A DNA stretch of 64,000 bases from the human T2T-CHM13v2.0 reference genome, Homo sapiens: assembly GCF_009914755.1 (NCBI RefSeq), contig NC_060943.1, one strand, 5' to 3'. The translations under genes were made by a program, and so were the position numbers. Of the stretch, positions 22,306-36,139 are shown in pieces. The notes beneath the pieces were generated by a model that was given only the letters and a program-made list of their open reading frames with translations, ran no database searches and had not been told where the DNA came from. Each line of letters begins with the position of its first letter. The stretch's first letter is position 1.

Positions 22306-22662
22306 GTACCTCTATCCCTCACCCCCGTCCACTGGGCAACATCCACTCAGCCCCCATGGGGCACAGAGCTGGCTCAACAAGGAAACAGAGATGAAACCAA
22401 CACCCCCATCAGGGAGGGTGATAGCGACTCCTGAGGAGCCCATCTGACTCACTGGTTTCCAAAATGGGATCACAGCAACAAAGAGATAGAAGAGGACACT
22501 AGAGCTGGGCTGTCTGGCTTCAAGTCCCAGCTCTGTAACTTACTAGCAGTGAGGCTGTGGGCAAGCCACTCCCCTTCTCTGTGCCTCAGTTTGCCCATCT
22601 GCAAAATGGGGATGATAATAATAGCATCTGACTCTCTGGGTTGTTGGGTTGGGTTGTTGTGA

Positions 22663-22890
<228 letters not shown>

Positions 22891-23989
22891 TGATCTCAAA
22901 CTCCTGACCTCATGATCTGCCTACCTCAGCTTCCCAAAGTTTTGGGATTACAGGCATGAGCCACTGCACCCGTCCAGTGAGTGAATATTTCTAAGAAACT
23001 TAAAGCAGTGCCTGGAATGTGGTAAGTACTATGTTCGTCCTCTCTACACATATCTGCAGTGACCGCTCTGTGCCAGGCACTGAGGATACCGAGGGAAGAA
23101 ACAGCAGAAAGTCCCTGCCCTCATGGAACTTGCATCCTGGTCGGGGACACCATCAAGAAACACAATGAATGAGTGAAATATAGATAGTATATTGGATGGG
23201 CCAGGTGTAGTGGCTCACACCTGTAATCCCAGCACTTTGGGAGGCTGAGGTGGGTAGATCACTCGAGCCCAGGAGTTTGAAACCAGCCTGAGCAACATGA
23301 CAAGACATCTTGTCATCTCTCTCAAAATATAAAAATTAGCCAGGCATGGTGGCATGCACTTATAGTCCCAGCTACTCAGGAGGCTGAGATGGGAGGATCA
23401 CCTGAGCCCAAGGAAGTCAAGACTGCAGTGAGCTAGGATCATGCCACTGCACTCCACACTGGACACAGAGTGAGACCCTGAGTCAAAAAAGTAATAATAA
23501 TAAATCTTTTAAAAAAGATAGTATGTTGGATGAGCGCTAAGGAGAGGAGTGAGGCTGGGAAGCAGGACAAAGATTGTGGAGTGGGGTGGCATTTAACGAG
23601 TCAGGGAAGGCCTCCCTGGGACAGTGACATTTGAACAAAGGGAGGGAGTGGGGAGCCACGTGAGGGTCTGAAGGAATGGCATATCCAGCAGAGGGAACAG
23701 CAAGTGCAAAGGCCCTGAGGCAGGATTGCCTGGCATGTTCAGGAAATAGTGAGGAGCCCAGGGTGGCCAGAGTGGTGTGAAGAATGGGCAGAGAAGTAGC
23801 ATGTGGGTCAGAGAGGGAGTAGGGAGGCAGGGGAAGGCAGCTAGACCCTTGCATAAGGCCTTGTAGGCTCTCTGAGCACTTGGCTTTTGCTCTGAGTGAG
23901 ATGGAAGCCATGGAGGGTCTAGTGCAAGGGAAGGATGGCATCTGACTTATATTTGATCCTATATGTTGGCTAGTACTACAACGCTATTA

Positions 23990-24300
<311 letters not shown>

Positions 24301-26240
24301 TTAAAAAAATAATGTTTTTAAAAAACTTGATCTTACCATGTATTGAGCACCTATTATATGCTTTCTTTTTTTTTTTTTTTTTTTTTTGAGACGGGGTCTC
24401 ACTCCATTGCCAGGCTGGAGTGCAGTGGTGCAATCTCGGCTCACTGCAACCTCCACCTTCTGGGTTGAAGTGATTCTCCTGCCTCAGCCTCCCAAGTAGC
24501 TGGGACTACAGGCGGGCACCACCATGCCCAGCCAATTTTTGTATTTTTAGTAGAGACGGAGTTTCACCATGTTGGCCAGGATGGTCTTGATCTCTTGACC
24601 TCATGATCTGCCTGCCTTGCAAAGTGCTGGGATTACAAGCATAAGCCACCAAGCATTACTCTATTTAATCTCCATAAGAGCTGGGGAGGTGAGGGGGCTG
24701 TGGTAGGGGTGAAGATCTCATTTCAGTCCAGAGAGTAGTGATCTGCCCAGGGCCCACAGCTGGAGAGAAAGGATTCAAGCCTAGACTCCTGCCTGCCACT
24801 TTGTTCTAGCTCCTGTCTACACTGCCTTTTCCACCATCAGTAACTGTACAGACCTCTGTAATCTATGTTGTGAGGAAGAGAAATCTGTAGGTGGTAGTGG
24901 TTTAGGGAGGCATTGTGGACCAGCTGGGAGGAACTGGGGCCAGGTCTCCATCCATGAGTCCTGCACACAACCATCTAGGGGCAAGGGAGGGCCAGCCTGC
25001 AGCCTCGGCCACCCAGATTGCCTTCATCATTGTGGCAGCTCCGATGTCCTGGCCCCTCAGCACGTACCAGGTGCTGAAAGCCCCAACTCTCAGGGCTAGG
25101 TGCTATTATTGTCGTCATTTCCCAAGTGAGTAGAGCTAACGCTCAGAAAAGCTCATTAACTTGCCCAAGGACACACAGCGAATGAATGGCTGGCCCTGAA
25201 TCAAACCCTGATCTAAGTCTACAGAGGGGAAAGGTGAGGAGTCAGGCTGGCATGAAAATCCTCACCCAGGCACCTCAAGTCCCTGCCCTCATGAGCAGGC
25301 AAGAAGGGTCACTTTCTGTCTTCCCCGCCCTTGTGGCCAAGACCTATTTAGTTGTGAGCAACAGACTCCTGGGACAAGGCCAATGGGGGCATCAGCTGGA
25401 AGGAGCTAGCCTCATCCAATCAGCTGTGACCTTGCAGATGAGGCCACGTGTCATGGACATGGCTGCCTTGACCCTCCCAGTGAGGAGGAACATTTCTCAG
25501 AAAAGAAGTGTATATGGGCTAGGCAGGAACCCCATGCATGCCTAACATGCCCACCAAGGGCCAGGAGAGATCCCCATTGTTTGTAGTTGAGGAGAGGGAC
25601 CTGAAGCCAGGCTACTTATATTCACATCTCAGCTCTGCTGTACATGACCTTGTGGAATTTGGGGGAGCCCTTTAACCCCTCAGTGGCTCATCTGTAAAAC
25701 AGGAATATGGCAGTGTGTGGTGCTCACAATTGTAATCCCAGCACTTTGGGAGGCTGAGGCAGGAGGATTGCTTGAGTCCAGGAGTTTGAGACCAGCCTGG
25801 GCAGCATAGCGAGACTCATGTCTCTACAAAAAAAAAAAAAAAGGAAAAGAAAAATTCGCTGGGCATGATAACACATGCTTGTGGTTCCAGCTACTCGAAA
25901 GGCTAAGGTGGGAGGATCGTTTGAGTCTGGGAGTTCGAGGTGGCAGTGAGCCATTATTGCTCTACTGCACTCCAGCCTGGGTGACAGAGTGAGACTCTGT
26001 CTCAATAAACATTTTTTTAATTGAAAATAAAAATTAAAAACAGGCTGGGCACAGTGGCTCACGCCTGTAATCCCAGCACTTTGGGAGGCCGAGGCAGGAA
26101 GATCTCTTGAAGCTAGGAGTTCGAGACCAGCCTGGCTAACATGGTAAAACTCCATCTCTACTAAAAACACAAAAATTAACAAGGCATGGTGGTGCATGCC
26201 TGTAATCCCAGCTATTTGGGAGGCTGAGGCAGGAGAATCA

Positions 26241-29200
26241 TGCCAAGACCAGCTCAGTCAGGGAAACTCTAACCCAGCGGTGCTAGAGGAATTAAAGACA
26301 CAGAAATATAGAAGTGTGAAGTGGGAAATCAGGGGTCTCACAGCCTTCAGAGCTGAGAGCCTCAAACAGAGATTTACCCACGTATTTATTAACATTAGCA
26401 TTGTTTCTATAGATTTTAGATTAACTAAAAGTATCCCTTATGGGAAGCAAAGGGATGGGCTGAAATAAAGGCATGGGTATGGCTACTTATCTGCAGCAGG
26501 AGCATGTCCTTAAGGCACAGATCACTCATGCGGTTGTTTGTGGTTTAAAAACGCCTTTAAGTGGTTTTCCGCCCTGGGTGGGTAAGGTGTTCCTTGCCCT
26601 CATTCCAGTAAACCCACAACCTTCCAGCGTGGGCGTCATGGCCATCATGAACATGTCACAGTGCCACAGAGATATTGTTCATGGTCAGTTTCGGGGCCAG
26701 TTTATGGCCAGGTTTTGCGGGGGGGCCTGTTGGTGCAATTTAAGCTAAACATCCCTTTAGGGGACCAATTAATAATGATTCCATAGGAATCGTTGTGCAG
26801 TACCTCTGCCTGTTCTGCAATGCAATCTTCCTAAACAAGTATGTTCATTTTTTCTGGCCAGGTTCAATTTTGTTACAAATAGGTTTTTGAGGGCAGTATG
26901 CCTCAATTATAGGAGGAGATTTGTTATGGTAAATACTGAGATCAGAAAGCACATGTAACTGTGTCATAGAGTGATTACATCCAGGCATTATTGCCAGCCA
27001 AGATTGATGAATATACCTAATAAGTATAATTGTTCTCTGTGTCAGCCCTTCTTTAAGGAATACTCACGGCAATGGTGATTACCACTATCATAGCTACCAT
27101 TACTCATTCTGAGTGGTTGTCCCGCTTTCCTCAGGTTTTCTTCCATCATCTGTGACAGCTTCTTGATCTGTCTCCAGCTGGGTGGCTGTGTTCGACGGGT
27201 GTTTCTCGTGACAGTTGGGGTCCTCCTCAGCATCAGCCTCGACATGGCTGCAACCGGGGGGTCCTCAGGATCCTCCCGGAGTCTCTTCCTTGGCATCTGG
27301 CTCATGCTAAAATTTCAGGTGTCTTGATGGTATCCAAATCAGCTGTTCATGTTGGCCTGGAGAAACACAAGCATAACCAACACCCCAAGTTATTATTTTA
27401 CCTACTTCCCAACTTTTTGTTATTGGATCTCTCCACCAAACCAATTGTTCTGCTTCTGTCTTTGCAGCTGGTTTCTGTAGATGCTGTTCAGCTGCTGATA
27501 ACATCTGGCCTTTGGGCAGGCTCAAAAAATTTAAAGTTAATAATGCTAGACTCAATTGTGTATGGGCTGTCCCATAATCCCTGTTTCTCCCTCTTTTTTG
27601 TTTTTGTCATCAGTTGTTCATCTGTATGAAATCATAACTGAGCATTTTCAATTAACTGTGTGGAATGAACCACGTATGAAGAATCAGAAATCATATTAAT
27701 AGGCATATCAAAAGCAGTCAATACCTCAATTACACCTACAAGCTCCGCTTTCTGAGCTGAAGTATAGGGAGTCTGGAAAACTTTACTTTTCAAGCCAGAA
27801 TAAGAAGCTGTGCTATTACCAGACCCATCTGTAAAACAATGAAAATGCTTAGCAGGCTACAGTATGTAAATGCAAACCGTTCACAGTCTTGCTCAGCTAA
27901 GGGGATAGTAAAGAAACAGTCTTTTAAATCTATGACTATTAAAGGCCAGTTTTAAGTCCTCTGAAGCCTCCAGTTTCTCTTTACTCAGCGGCCACTGTTC
28001 TAAACATTTTAAAGGTATAGGTTCTGGAAGCTTAACAATGGCTGCCATCAAAAATGATATTCTAATCTTTGGCGGGAACTTTGTGTTTCCGCTTGAAGCG
28101 GTTCTTTCAAACCTTGCAAATTTTTTTCTAGTCTCATGCTAGGGACATGCCCCATTTCATGCATCATATGTTGATTTTGAAGGATATATAATTGTTCTGG
28201 AGTTAGAACTTGTGCTCCCCATTGTTGTAATAAATCTTTCCCCCACAAAGTTATAGATACAGAAGTTATAATTGGTTGAATAGTCCCAAGTTGTCCATCT
28301 GGCCCTTCAAAATGCAAAATATAGCTACTTTGATATACTTCAGGGGCTTTACCAACTCCAACTATGTTAAATTGAGTGGGTTGAATTGGCCACGTGGACG
28401 ACCAGTGCTGTAGAGAAATGATTGAAATGTCCGCTCCTGTATCTGCCACGCCTTTAAATTTCTTTCCCTGAATAGTTATTTCACAGGTGGAATGTTTATC
28501 AGTAATTTGATTTACCCAATAAGCTGCTTTGCCTTGTTTCTTTGTGCTTCCAAATCCTCCTGTTCATTTAATTTCACTTTTCCCCATTCCCACATACGGC
28601 ACAATCAGGAGCTGTGCTGTGCGCTCTCCTGGCTCTGCTTTCCAGGGAACAGAAGTAGATGTAACAATTTGAATTTCCTCATTGTAATCTGAATCAATGA
28701 CTCCTGTATGTGTTTGTACCCCTTTTAAACTTAAACTAGACCTTCCTAAAAGTAATCCTATTGTCCCCGCTAACAAGGGTCCACAGACTCCTGTTGGGAC
28801 CTTTTACGGGGGTTCCCCAGGCAGAAGGCTCACAGCTTTTGTGCAGCATAAATCTACTGCGGCACTACCGGCTGTGGCGGGGGACAGACATTGTACGGGT
28901 GTGAGGGAATGGCCTGAGCTGGAAATGCCCCAGTTTGGAATGGGGCCCAGGACAGGCCCCTCATGGCATTTCCTGAAATCAGGTTCCCTTCTTTATCAAA
29001 CTTAGAGTGACACTGATTAGCCCAGTGTTTTCCTTTTTTACATGTTGGACATATTTCAGACTCAGCAGTTTTCTTTTTTCCCCTATCTGGCAGCTGACTT
29101 GCTGATTATTTCTACATTCTTTTTTAGTATGAATAGCTTGTTTAAATTCTTTGAGTAATTTACAAGGAAAAGGCTCAAATGTAGCTATAATATTTCCCTG

Positions 29201-29447
29201 TTGATCTGGGGGGTGTATTCTAACAGGGAACTGCCAAGCCTCTAAATCACCTTCTCTTCTAGCTTGCTGGATTCCTGCCTGAATAGAACTGACAGCAGTC
29301 GCTCCAGGCGCTGCTCGAACAGTCACTGGGGCAACTACTTTTCGCCCAGCGTCCTCCAGAAAAGAAAGAACTGGAGGGTCAGGCCACTATTTATGGCCAG
29401 TTTTGGGGCCAGTTTATGGCCAGATTTTGGGGGGCATGTTCCCAACA
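26241..29447 (-). mobile_element. Internally deleted HERV-K(HML-3)/HERVK9 provirus with MER9 LTRs, inserted in an Alu
   Basis: MER9-type 3' LTR 26241-~26731 and 5' LTR stub ~29389-29447. Minus-strand remnants of gag (28979-29326), dUTPase (GLLLGRSSL, GVIDSDY), protease (ADTGADISII), integrase C-terminus (WWRDPITKSW...GYACVSPG) and env leader (PPSWRQIKKL). Flanks GAATCA / GAATCT. Confidence 0.88.
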
Positions 29448-29699
29448 GAATCTCTTGAACCTGGGAGGCGGAAGTTGCAGTAAGCCAAAATAGCGCCACT
29501 GTACTCCAGCCTGGGCAACAGAACCAGACTGTCTCCAAAAAAAAGAAAAAAGAAAAAAAAAAAAAACCCAGGGATGTGATTATACTTCCCTCCAAAGACA
29601 GGAGTGAGGATTAAGTAAAATGGTGGGAGTCATGAGCTGTGAACAGTGCCTGGAATGTGATGAGCCTTCAATAAACCTCAGTCATGTGATGATGATGAT

Positions 29700-30072
29700 T
29701 GTATTAGTTTGCTCCAGCTGCTGTAACAAAAATGCTACAGACCGGGGGGGCTTAAACAACAAAAATTTATTTTCTCACAGTCTGGATGCTGGAAGTCCAA
29801 GATCAAGGTGGCAGCCAGTTTGATGTCCCATAGTGCCCCTCTCCATGGCTTGCAGAAGGCCACCTTCTCACTGTGTCCTCACGTGACCTTTTCTCTATGC
29901 TCATCCCTGGGGTCTCTTCCTCTTCTTGTAAGGATACCAGTCTTATTGGATCAGGACCCCACTCTTATGATCTCATTTAACCTTACTGTGTCTGAAGAAT
30001 CTATCTCCAAATATAGTCACATTGGAGGGTTAGGACTACATATTAATTTGGGGAACGGATAATAATTCAGTC
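29700..30072 (-). mobile_element. MLT1A-type MaLR LTR
   Basis: tgtattagtttgct...ctcacagtctggatgctggaagtccaagatcaagg motifs. Confidence 0.7.
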
Positions 30073-30084
30073 GATGATTCTTAT

Positions 30085-30116
<32 letters not shown>

Positions 30117-30132
30117 TCTCTCTCCACTGCAG

Positions 30133-30166
30133 GACTGACAGGCAGAGAATAGGAATATGCAGCTGA
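30133..30166 (+). CDS. IGSF23: IGSF23 coding exon 4, short cytoplasmic tail (R)TDRQRIGICS*
   Basis: Acceptor ctgcag|gact after a (CT)n tract; in frame with exon 3; TGA at 30164-30166. Confidence 0.88.
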
Positions 30167-30544
30167 AATGTGGGCAACTCTCCTGTCAGCTGAAGAGGTA
30201 ATACCAGGAAGGGTGTGAAGGAAATCCTAGGTTTGGGAACAGAAAGAAGTTCTTGGGCAGAGACTCCATATGTGATTTCCTCCCTCCTGGTTCCCTGGTC
30301 ATTTGTCTGTGAGATGTTCCCCTCCTGTGGAGAGCTCCAGGAGCTGCTTTTCTCTTCTTTTGCCAACTGCCAGCACCCCATCTGCCCAGCTCATCAAATT
30401 CCTGGAAGCTGCCTAAACAAGCAGTCTATATTTCATAAACCTCTTGGGCTCCATGCAAAAGAAACTCACTGACGTAGCTCAGGAAAAAATAAAATGAACA
30501 GTTTAATATAAGGACCTATGAAATTTTTCAGCAATCCATAGGTG

Positions 30545-31020
30545 TGAGTCAGCATTTGCTTTGTAACAAACTGCCTCCCCAAAATTCACTGGCTTGAAAC
30601 AACAGCCATTTATTTAGCTTGCAATTTCATGGGTCATCCATTTGGGCTGGGCTCAGCTGGGTAGTTCTGGTCTCTGCCAGGCTCGCTCCTGCATCTGGGG
30701 TCAGTTGACAGATTGCCCAGGGGCTGTCTGGACTAGGATAGCCTCATAGCTGGGACAACTGGCCTCTCCTTCATGTTGTCTCTCATCCTCCAGCAGGGTG
30801 ACCCAAGCTTGTTCACATGGCAGAGGCAGGATTCCAAGAGTAACAGCAGAAACTTCAAGGCCCCTTAAGTCTCAAGCTCAAAATGGACATGCCATCACTT
30901 CTGCCACAGAAAGGACTTCATTGGCCAAAGTTACATGACTGGCCAAATTCAAGGGATGGGGAAGTTGACTCCACCTCTTGCTAAGAAGGGAAAAATCTGT
31001 GGCCATTTTTGCAATCTACG
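30545..31020 (-). mobile_element. MLT1F/G-type MaLR LTR
   Basis: gggctgggctcagctggg...ttggccaaag...cacatg...aaattcaaggg motifs. Confidence 0.55.
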
Positions 31021-31150
31021 AAGAAATGTGGAAGTACACACAGCTCTCTCTGCCAGCCTCCCCCACACACACACTTCACCCCCACCCCAAGCCCTTACAA
31101 TTCCTTTCCTCCTGCATGTGGAATTTACAGTTCTCTGTCTCTCTCTGCAG

Positions 31151-31520
31151 ATGGGTGCTTTGTACCTCTCTATCCACGTGGAAAAAAAAACCCATCCCAT
31201 AGCTTCCAAGTCTACAACATCTCTGTTCAAGGGAACAACCCAACGTAACCAGACTCCCTTTGCCCTGTTTCTGAAACACCTGAAGAAAACATCTGATGGG
31301 TTGACTCGGTGCCATCCTTGGTCCCATCGCCGTGACACGTTGTGCAAGCAAAGCATCAGAGGCTCATCCCTGTCTGTGGGAGCTCAGTGCTCAGAAAACA
31401 GGGGGGAGGTTTTACCTTGGAAATTGGCCAGACCCCAAAATATGTCTTTTACACATGCTGCTTTTTTTTTCTCTTTTTCAAAAAGAACCAAAAAATAAAT
31501 TAAAACACCACCACTTCTGA
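31151..31520 (+). other. IGSF23: Probable IGSF23 terminal non-coding exon with polyA signal
   Basis: Strong acceptor ctctctctgcag|atggg at 31150/31151; candidate upstream donor gag|gtaata at 30198; AATAAA at 31494-31499. Confidence 0.6.
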
Positions 31521-31845
31521 ATGGTTTCTCATGAAGCCTCTCTTCCTGAGAGTGGGAGAGGCATGTTTGCAAATAAGATCAACCTTTGAGCTTTGCGCTG
31601 TTCAAGTTTAATACCTCTCCATAGGAGGATCCTGACAGATAGCAGGCACAGGGCACACAAGTATGGCTGAAACTCCTCTGGGGGATATATCTCACATTTG
31701 AGGAAAATTCGGTGCTTCTGTGACCAACACAGAACCACCTAACATGGCATTCTGCTTAGCAATAATAGTAGCAGAACTGAGTCCAAGTCTTGTCTGTTGA
31801 GGGCTCTCCATGTGCCAGCCACTGACTATTTACCTTACATGATTA

Positions 31846-32040
<195 letters not shown>

Positions 32041-32281
32041 TCAGGCAGGAGAACCACTTGAACCCAGGAGGCAGAGGTTTCAGTGAGCCGAGATCATGGC
32101 CACTGTGCTCCAGCCTGGGTGAGGGAGTGACAGTATCTCAAAAATAAAATAAAATAAGTAAGAGATGTTAGCCAGGCACGGTGACTCACGCCTGTAATCC
32201 CAGCATTTTGGGAGGCCAAGGCGGGCAGATCACCTGAGGTCAGGAATTCAAGACCAGCATGGCAACATGGTGAAACCCTGT

Positions 32282-32409
32282 CCCTTGTTATCACACGAAT
32301 GGGGATGTGGCTTGTGTGCTGCCTAATCTTGCCTAGAACTAGGTGTACCTGCGTTCTTTTGCTTATGGCTTTACCCTTGGTTACCCTAATTCCCTATTCT
32401 CCTGCCTCA
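32282..32409 (-). mobile_element. 5' fragment of an ERV1 LTR (MER61-like) fused to a truncated Alu
   Basis: Reverse complement begins TGAGGCAGGAGAATAGGGAATTAGGGTAACCAAGGGT and breaks off abruptly into an Alu left arm. Confidence 0.55.
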
Positions 32410-33080
32410 AGAGGTGACCACAGCAGCCCTGGGCCTGCCCTCCTAGGGCTTATATACAGTGAGGGAGACAGACCTGTTCCCAGTGATGACCCAGAGTCAT
32501 CACTCTCCTCTGGGAGGCCAGGGGGGAGTCTTAATGGAGACTGGAGGATCCAGGAGGGCTTCCTGGTGAGGGAGGGGTCAGCTGTACTAGAGAACAACAT
32601 TAAGATCATTAATAACAAGAGCAGCCAGATGGCCGGGCACGGTGGCTCACGCCTGTAATCCCAGCACTTTGGGAGGTGAGGCAGGCAGATCACGAGGTCA
32701 GGAGATCAAGACCATCCTGGCTAATACAGTGAAACCCTGTCTCTACTAAAAATACAAAAAATTAGCTGGCGTGGTGGCAGGAGCCTGTAGTCCCAGCTAC
32801 TCGGGAGGCTGAGGCAGAAGAATGGCGTGAACCCGGGAGGTGGAGCTTGCAGTGAGCCAAGATCGTTACCACTGCACTGCAGCCTGGGCAACAGAGCAAG
32901 ACTCCGTCTCAAAAAAAAAAATAAATAAATAAAAGAGCAGCCAGGTCTTCTGGTTGGAGTTGGTGTTTAAGAAAAATAAAATTTAAAAATTAAAATTTTT
33001 TTGGCCGGGCACAGTGGCTCACAGCTGTAATCCTAGCACTTTGGGAGGCCGAGGCAGATGGATTGACTGAGCTGAGCTCA

Positions 33081-33370
<290 letters not shown>

Positions 33371-33785
33371 TTAATGCGTTCTTCTCAAACAGTCCTCCCA
33401 CTTCAGCCTGCCAAAGTGCTGAGATTTCAGGTTTGAGCCACTGTGCCATGCTATGCCCATTTTTCAGATAAAGAATCATAAGCCCCAGGAGACATCAATA
33501 ATAATTGCTGCCATTTGTTGAGCAGTTAAATAAATAACTTTTTAGACCATATATTTCTTTTTTTTTTTTTTTTTTTTTTTGAGACAGAGTCTCACTCTGT
33601 TGCCCAGACTGGAATGCAGTGGCATGACGTTGACTCACTGTAACCTCCACCTCAAGTGATTCAGCCTCCCAAGTAGCTGGGATTACAGGTGTGCACGACT
33701 ACCACCCAGCTAATTTTTGTGTTTTTAGTACAGATGGGGTTTCACCATGTTGGCCAGGCTGGTCTTGAACTCCTGACCTCAAAAG

Positions 33786-34773
33786 TGTGGGGGAAAGAAA
33801 GAGAGATCAGACTGTTACTGTGTCTATGTAGAAAAAGGAAGACATAAGAAACTCCATTTTGATCTGTACTAAGAAAAATTCTTCTGCCTTGAGATGCTGT
33901 TAATCTGTAACCCTAGCCCCAACCCTGTGCTCGCAGAAACGTGTGCTGTATTGACTCAAGGTTTAATGGATTTAGGGCTGTGCAGGATGTGCTTTGGTAA
34001 AAATGTGTTTGCAGGCAGTATGCTTGGTAAAAGTCATTGCCATTCTCCAGTCTCAAGTAACCAGGGACACCATACACTGCGGAAGGCAGCAGGGACCTCT
34101 GCCCAAGAAAACCTGGGTATTGTCCAAGATTTCCCCCACTGAGACAGCCTGAGAGATGGCCTCGTGGGAAGGGAAAGACCTGACCGTCCCCCAGCCCGAC
34201 ACCCATAAAAGGTCTGTGCTGAGGAGGATTAGTGAAAGAGGAAGGCCTCTCTGCAGTTGAGATAAGAGGAGGGCATCTGTCTTCTGCTCGTCCCTGGGAA
34301 TGGAATATCTCGGTGTAAAACCCGATCGTACATTCTATTTACTGAGATAGGAGAAAACTGCCTTATGGCTGGAGGTGAGACACACTGGCAGCAATACTGC
34401 TCTTTACTGCACTGAGATATTTGTGTAAAGTCAAACATAAATCTGGCCTACGTGCACATCCAGGCACAGCTCCTTTCCTTAAATTTATCTATGACACCGA
34501 GTCCTTTGCTCACGTTTTCCTGCTGACCCTCTCCCCACCATTACCCTATAGTCCTGCCACATCCCCCTCACCGAGATAGTAGGGATAGTGATCAATAAAT
34601 ACTGAGGGAACTCAGAGACCAGTGCCGGTGCAGGTCCTCACTTGCTGAGCACCGGTCCCCTGGGCCCACTTTTCTTCCTCTATACTTTGTCTCTGTGTCT
34701 TATTTCTTTTCTCAGTCTCTCGTCTCCACCTTGTGAGAAATACTCAGAGGTGTGGAGGGGCAGGCCCCCTTCA
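33786..34773 (+). mobile_element. HERV-K(HML-2) solo LTR (LTR5A/LTR5B type) splitting an antisense Alu
   Basis: Starts TGTGGGGGAAAGAAAGAGAGATCAGACTGTTACTGTGTC, ends GGGGCAGGCCCCCTTCA; ~990 bp; internal AATAAA near 34594; flanks AAAAG / AAATG. Confidence 0.9.
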
Positions 34774-35980
34774 AAATGATCCACCCACCTCAGCCTCCCA
34801 AAGTGCTGGGATTACAGGCATGAGCCACCATGCCCAGCCACATATAACTTATTTCTAAATAACTTATTTAACTAACACCACATGATTTTATGACCCCCTA
34901 TTTTATGGATGAGAAAAAAGAGGCAAGAGAAGCGATACCAGTTGCTTAGGATTCCCAGCTACCAATTAGTGGAAGCAGAATTTGAACCAAGGGAGTCTCT
35001 GGAGCCCTCGTTCCCAATCTCCTTTTCTTCCTCTCCATGTCTTTCTTTCTCCCCCTGCTCCCAGGCCTCCTACATCACACCCTTCTGGACAAAGCTTCAC
35101 ATCTGACATTTTCTTTTTTGGGGTGGACAGAGTCTTACTCTGTCACCGAGGCTGGAGGGCCGTGGCGCAATCATGGCTCATGGCAGCCTCAAACTCCTGG
35201 GCTTGAGGGATCCTCCAGCCTCAGCCTCCCAAGTAGCTGGGACTATGGGCATGTGCCACCACACCTGGCTAATTTTTTAATTTTTTGTAGAAATACAGGG
35301 GGTGGGGGCATATCTGAAAATTTTAAACCTTCCCTGACTGCCGTGAGCATTTCTGGGTAGAAGCCACTCCACGCCCTTACTTTGCTGGCATGAGTGCTGG
35401 ACAGCAATTTGGCAACATCCTCTAGACCACAAATGTGCATGGCCTTTGGCCCAGCAAATCAGCTTCTGGGAATAAATATGACAGATACTGTTACATACAT
35501 GGGAAATGCCATGGACATGATGACCCAGGGAAGCACAGTTTGCAAGTACAAAAGGGCTGGAAACACCCAAAAAGCCCATCCCCTGAAGACAGTTTCAAAA
35601 ATGACGGTGCATTCATGTAATGGAATAGTACACATTTGTGAATGAATGAATGAGGTAGCTCAATATATCTGCCTATGGGAAAATCACCAAGATATGTTGC
35701 TAAGTGAAAAACAGAAAGATACAGAATAATGCTACCATTTTATTTTTTAATGGGAGAGGGAAGAATAAGGAAATGGATTCATATTTGCTTAATTACACAA
35801 GCTTCCTGATGATCCTTTTGGATCCAGAAGTTTGAAAACCACAGCATCAAGAGGATGCCCATTGGGCATGGTGGCTCACGCCTGTAATCCCAGCACTTTG
35901 GGAGGCTGAGGAGGGTGGATCGCCTAAGTTCAGGAGTTCGAGACCAGCCTGGCCAACATGGTGAAACCCCATCTCTACTA

Positions 35981-36139
<159 letters not shown>

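Noticed and set aside
28048-28449. 133-aa ERV protease ORF with DTG motif as a functional gene
   Set aside because: N-terminus disrupted, gag and dUTPase broken, 5' LTR and PBS deleted; treated as a fossil.
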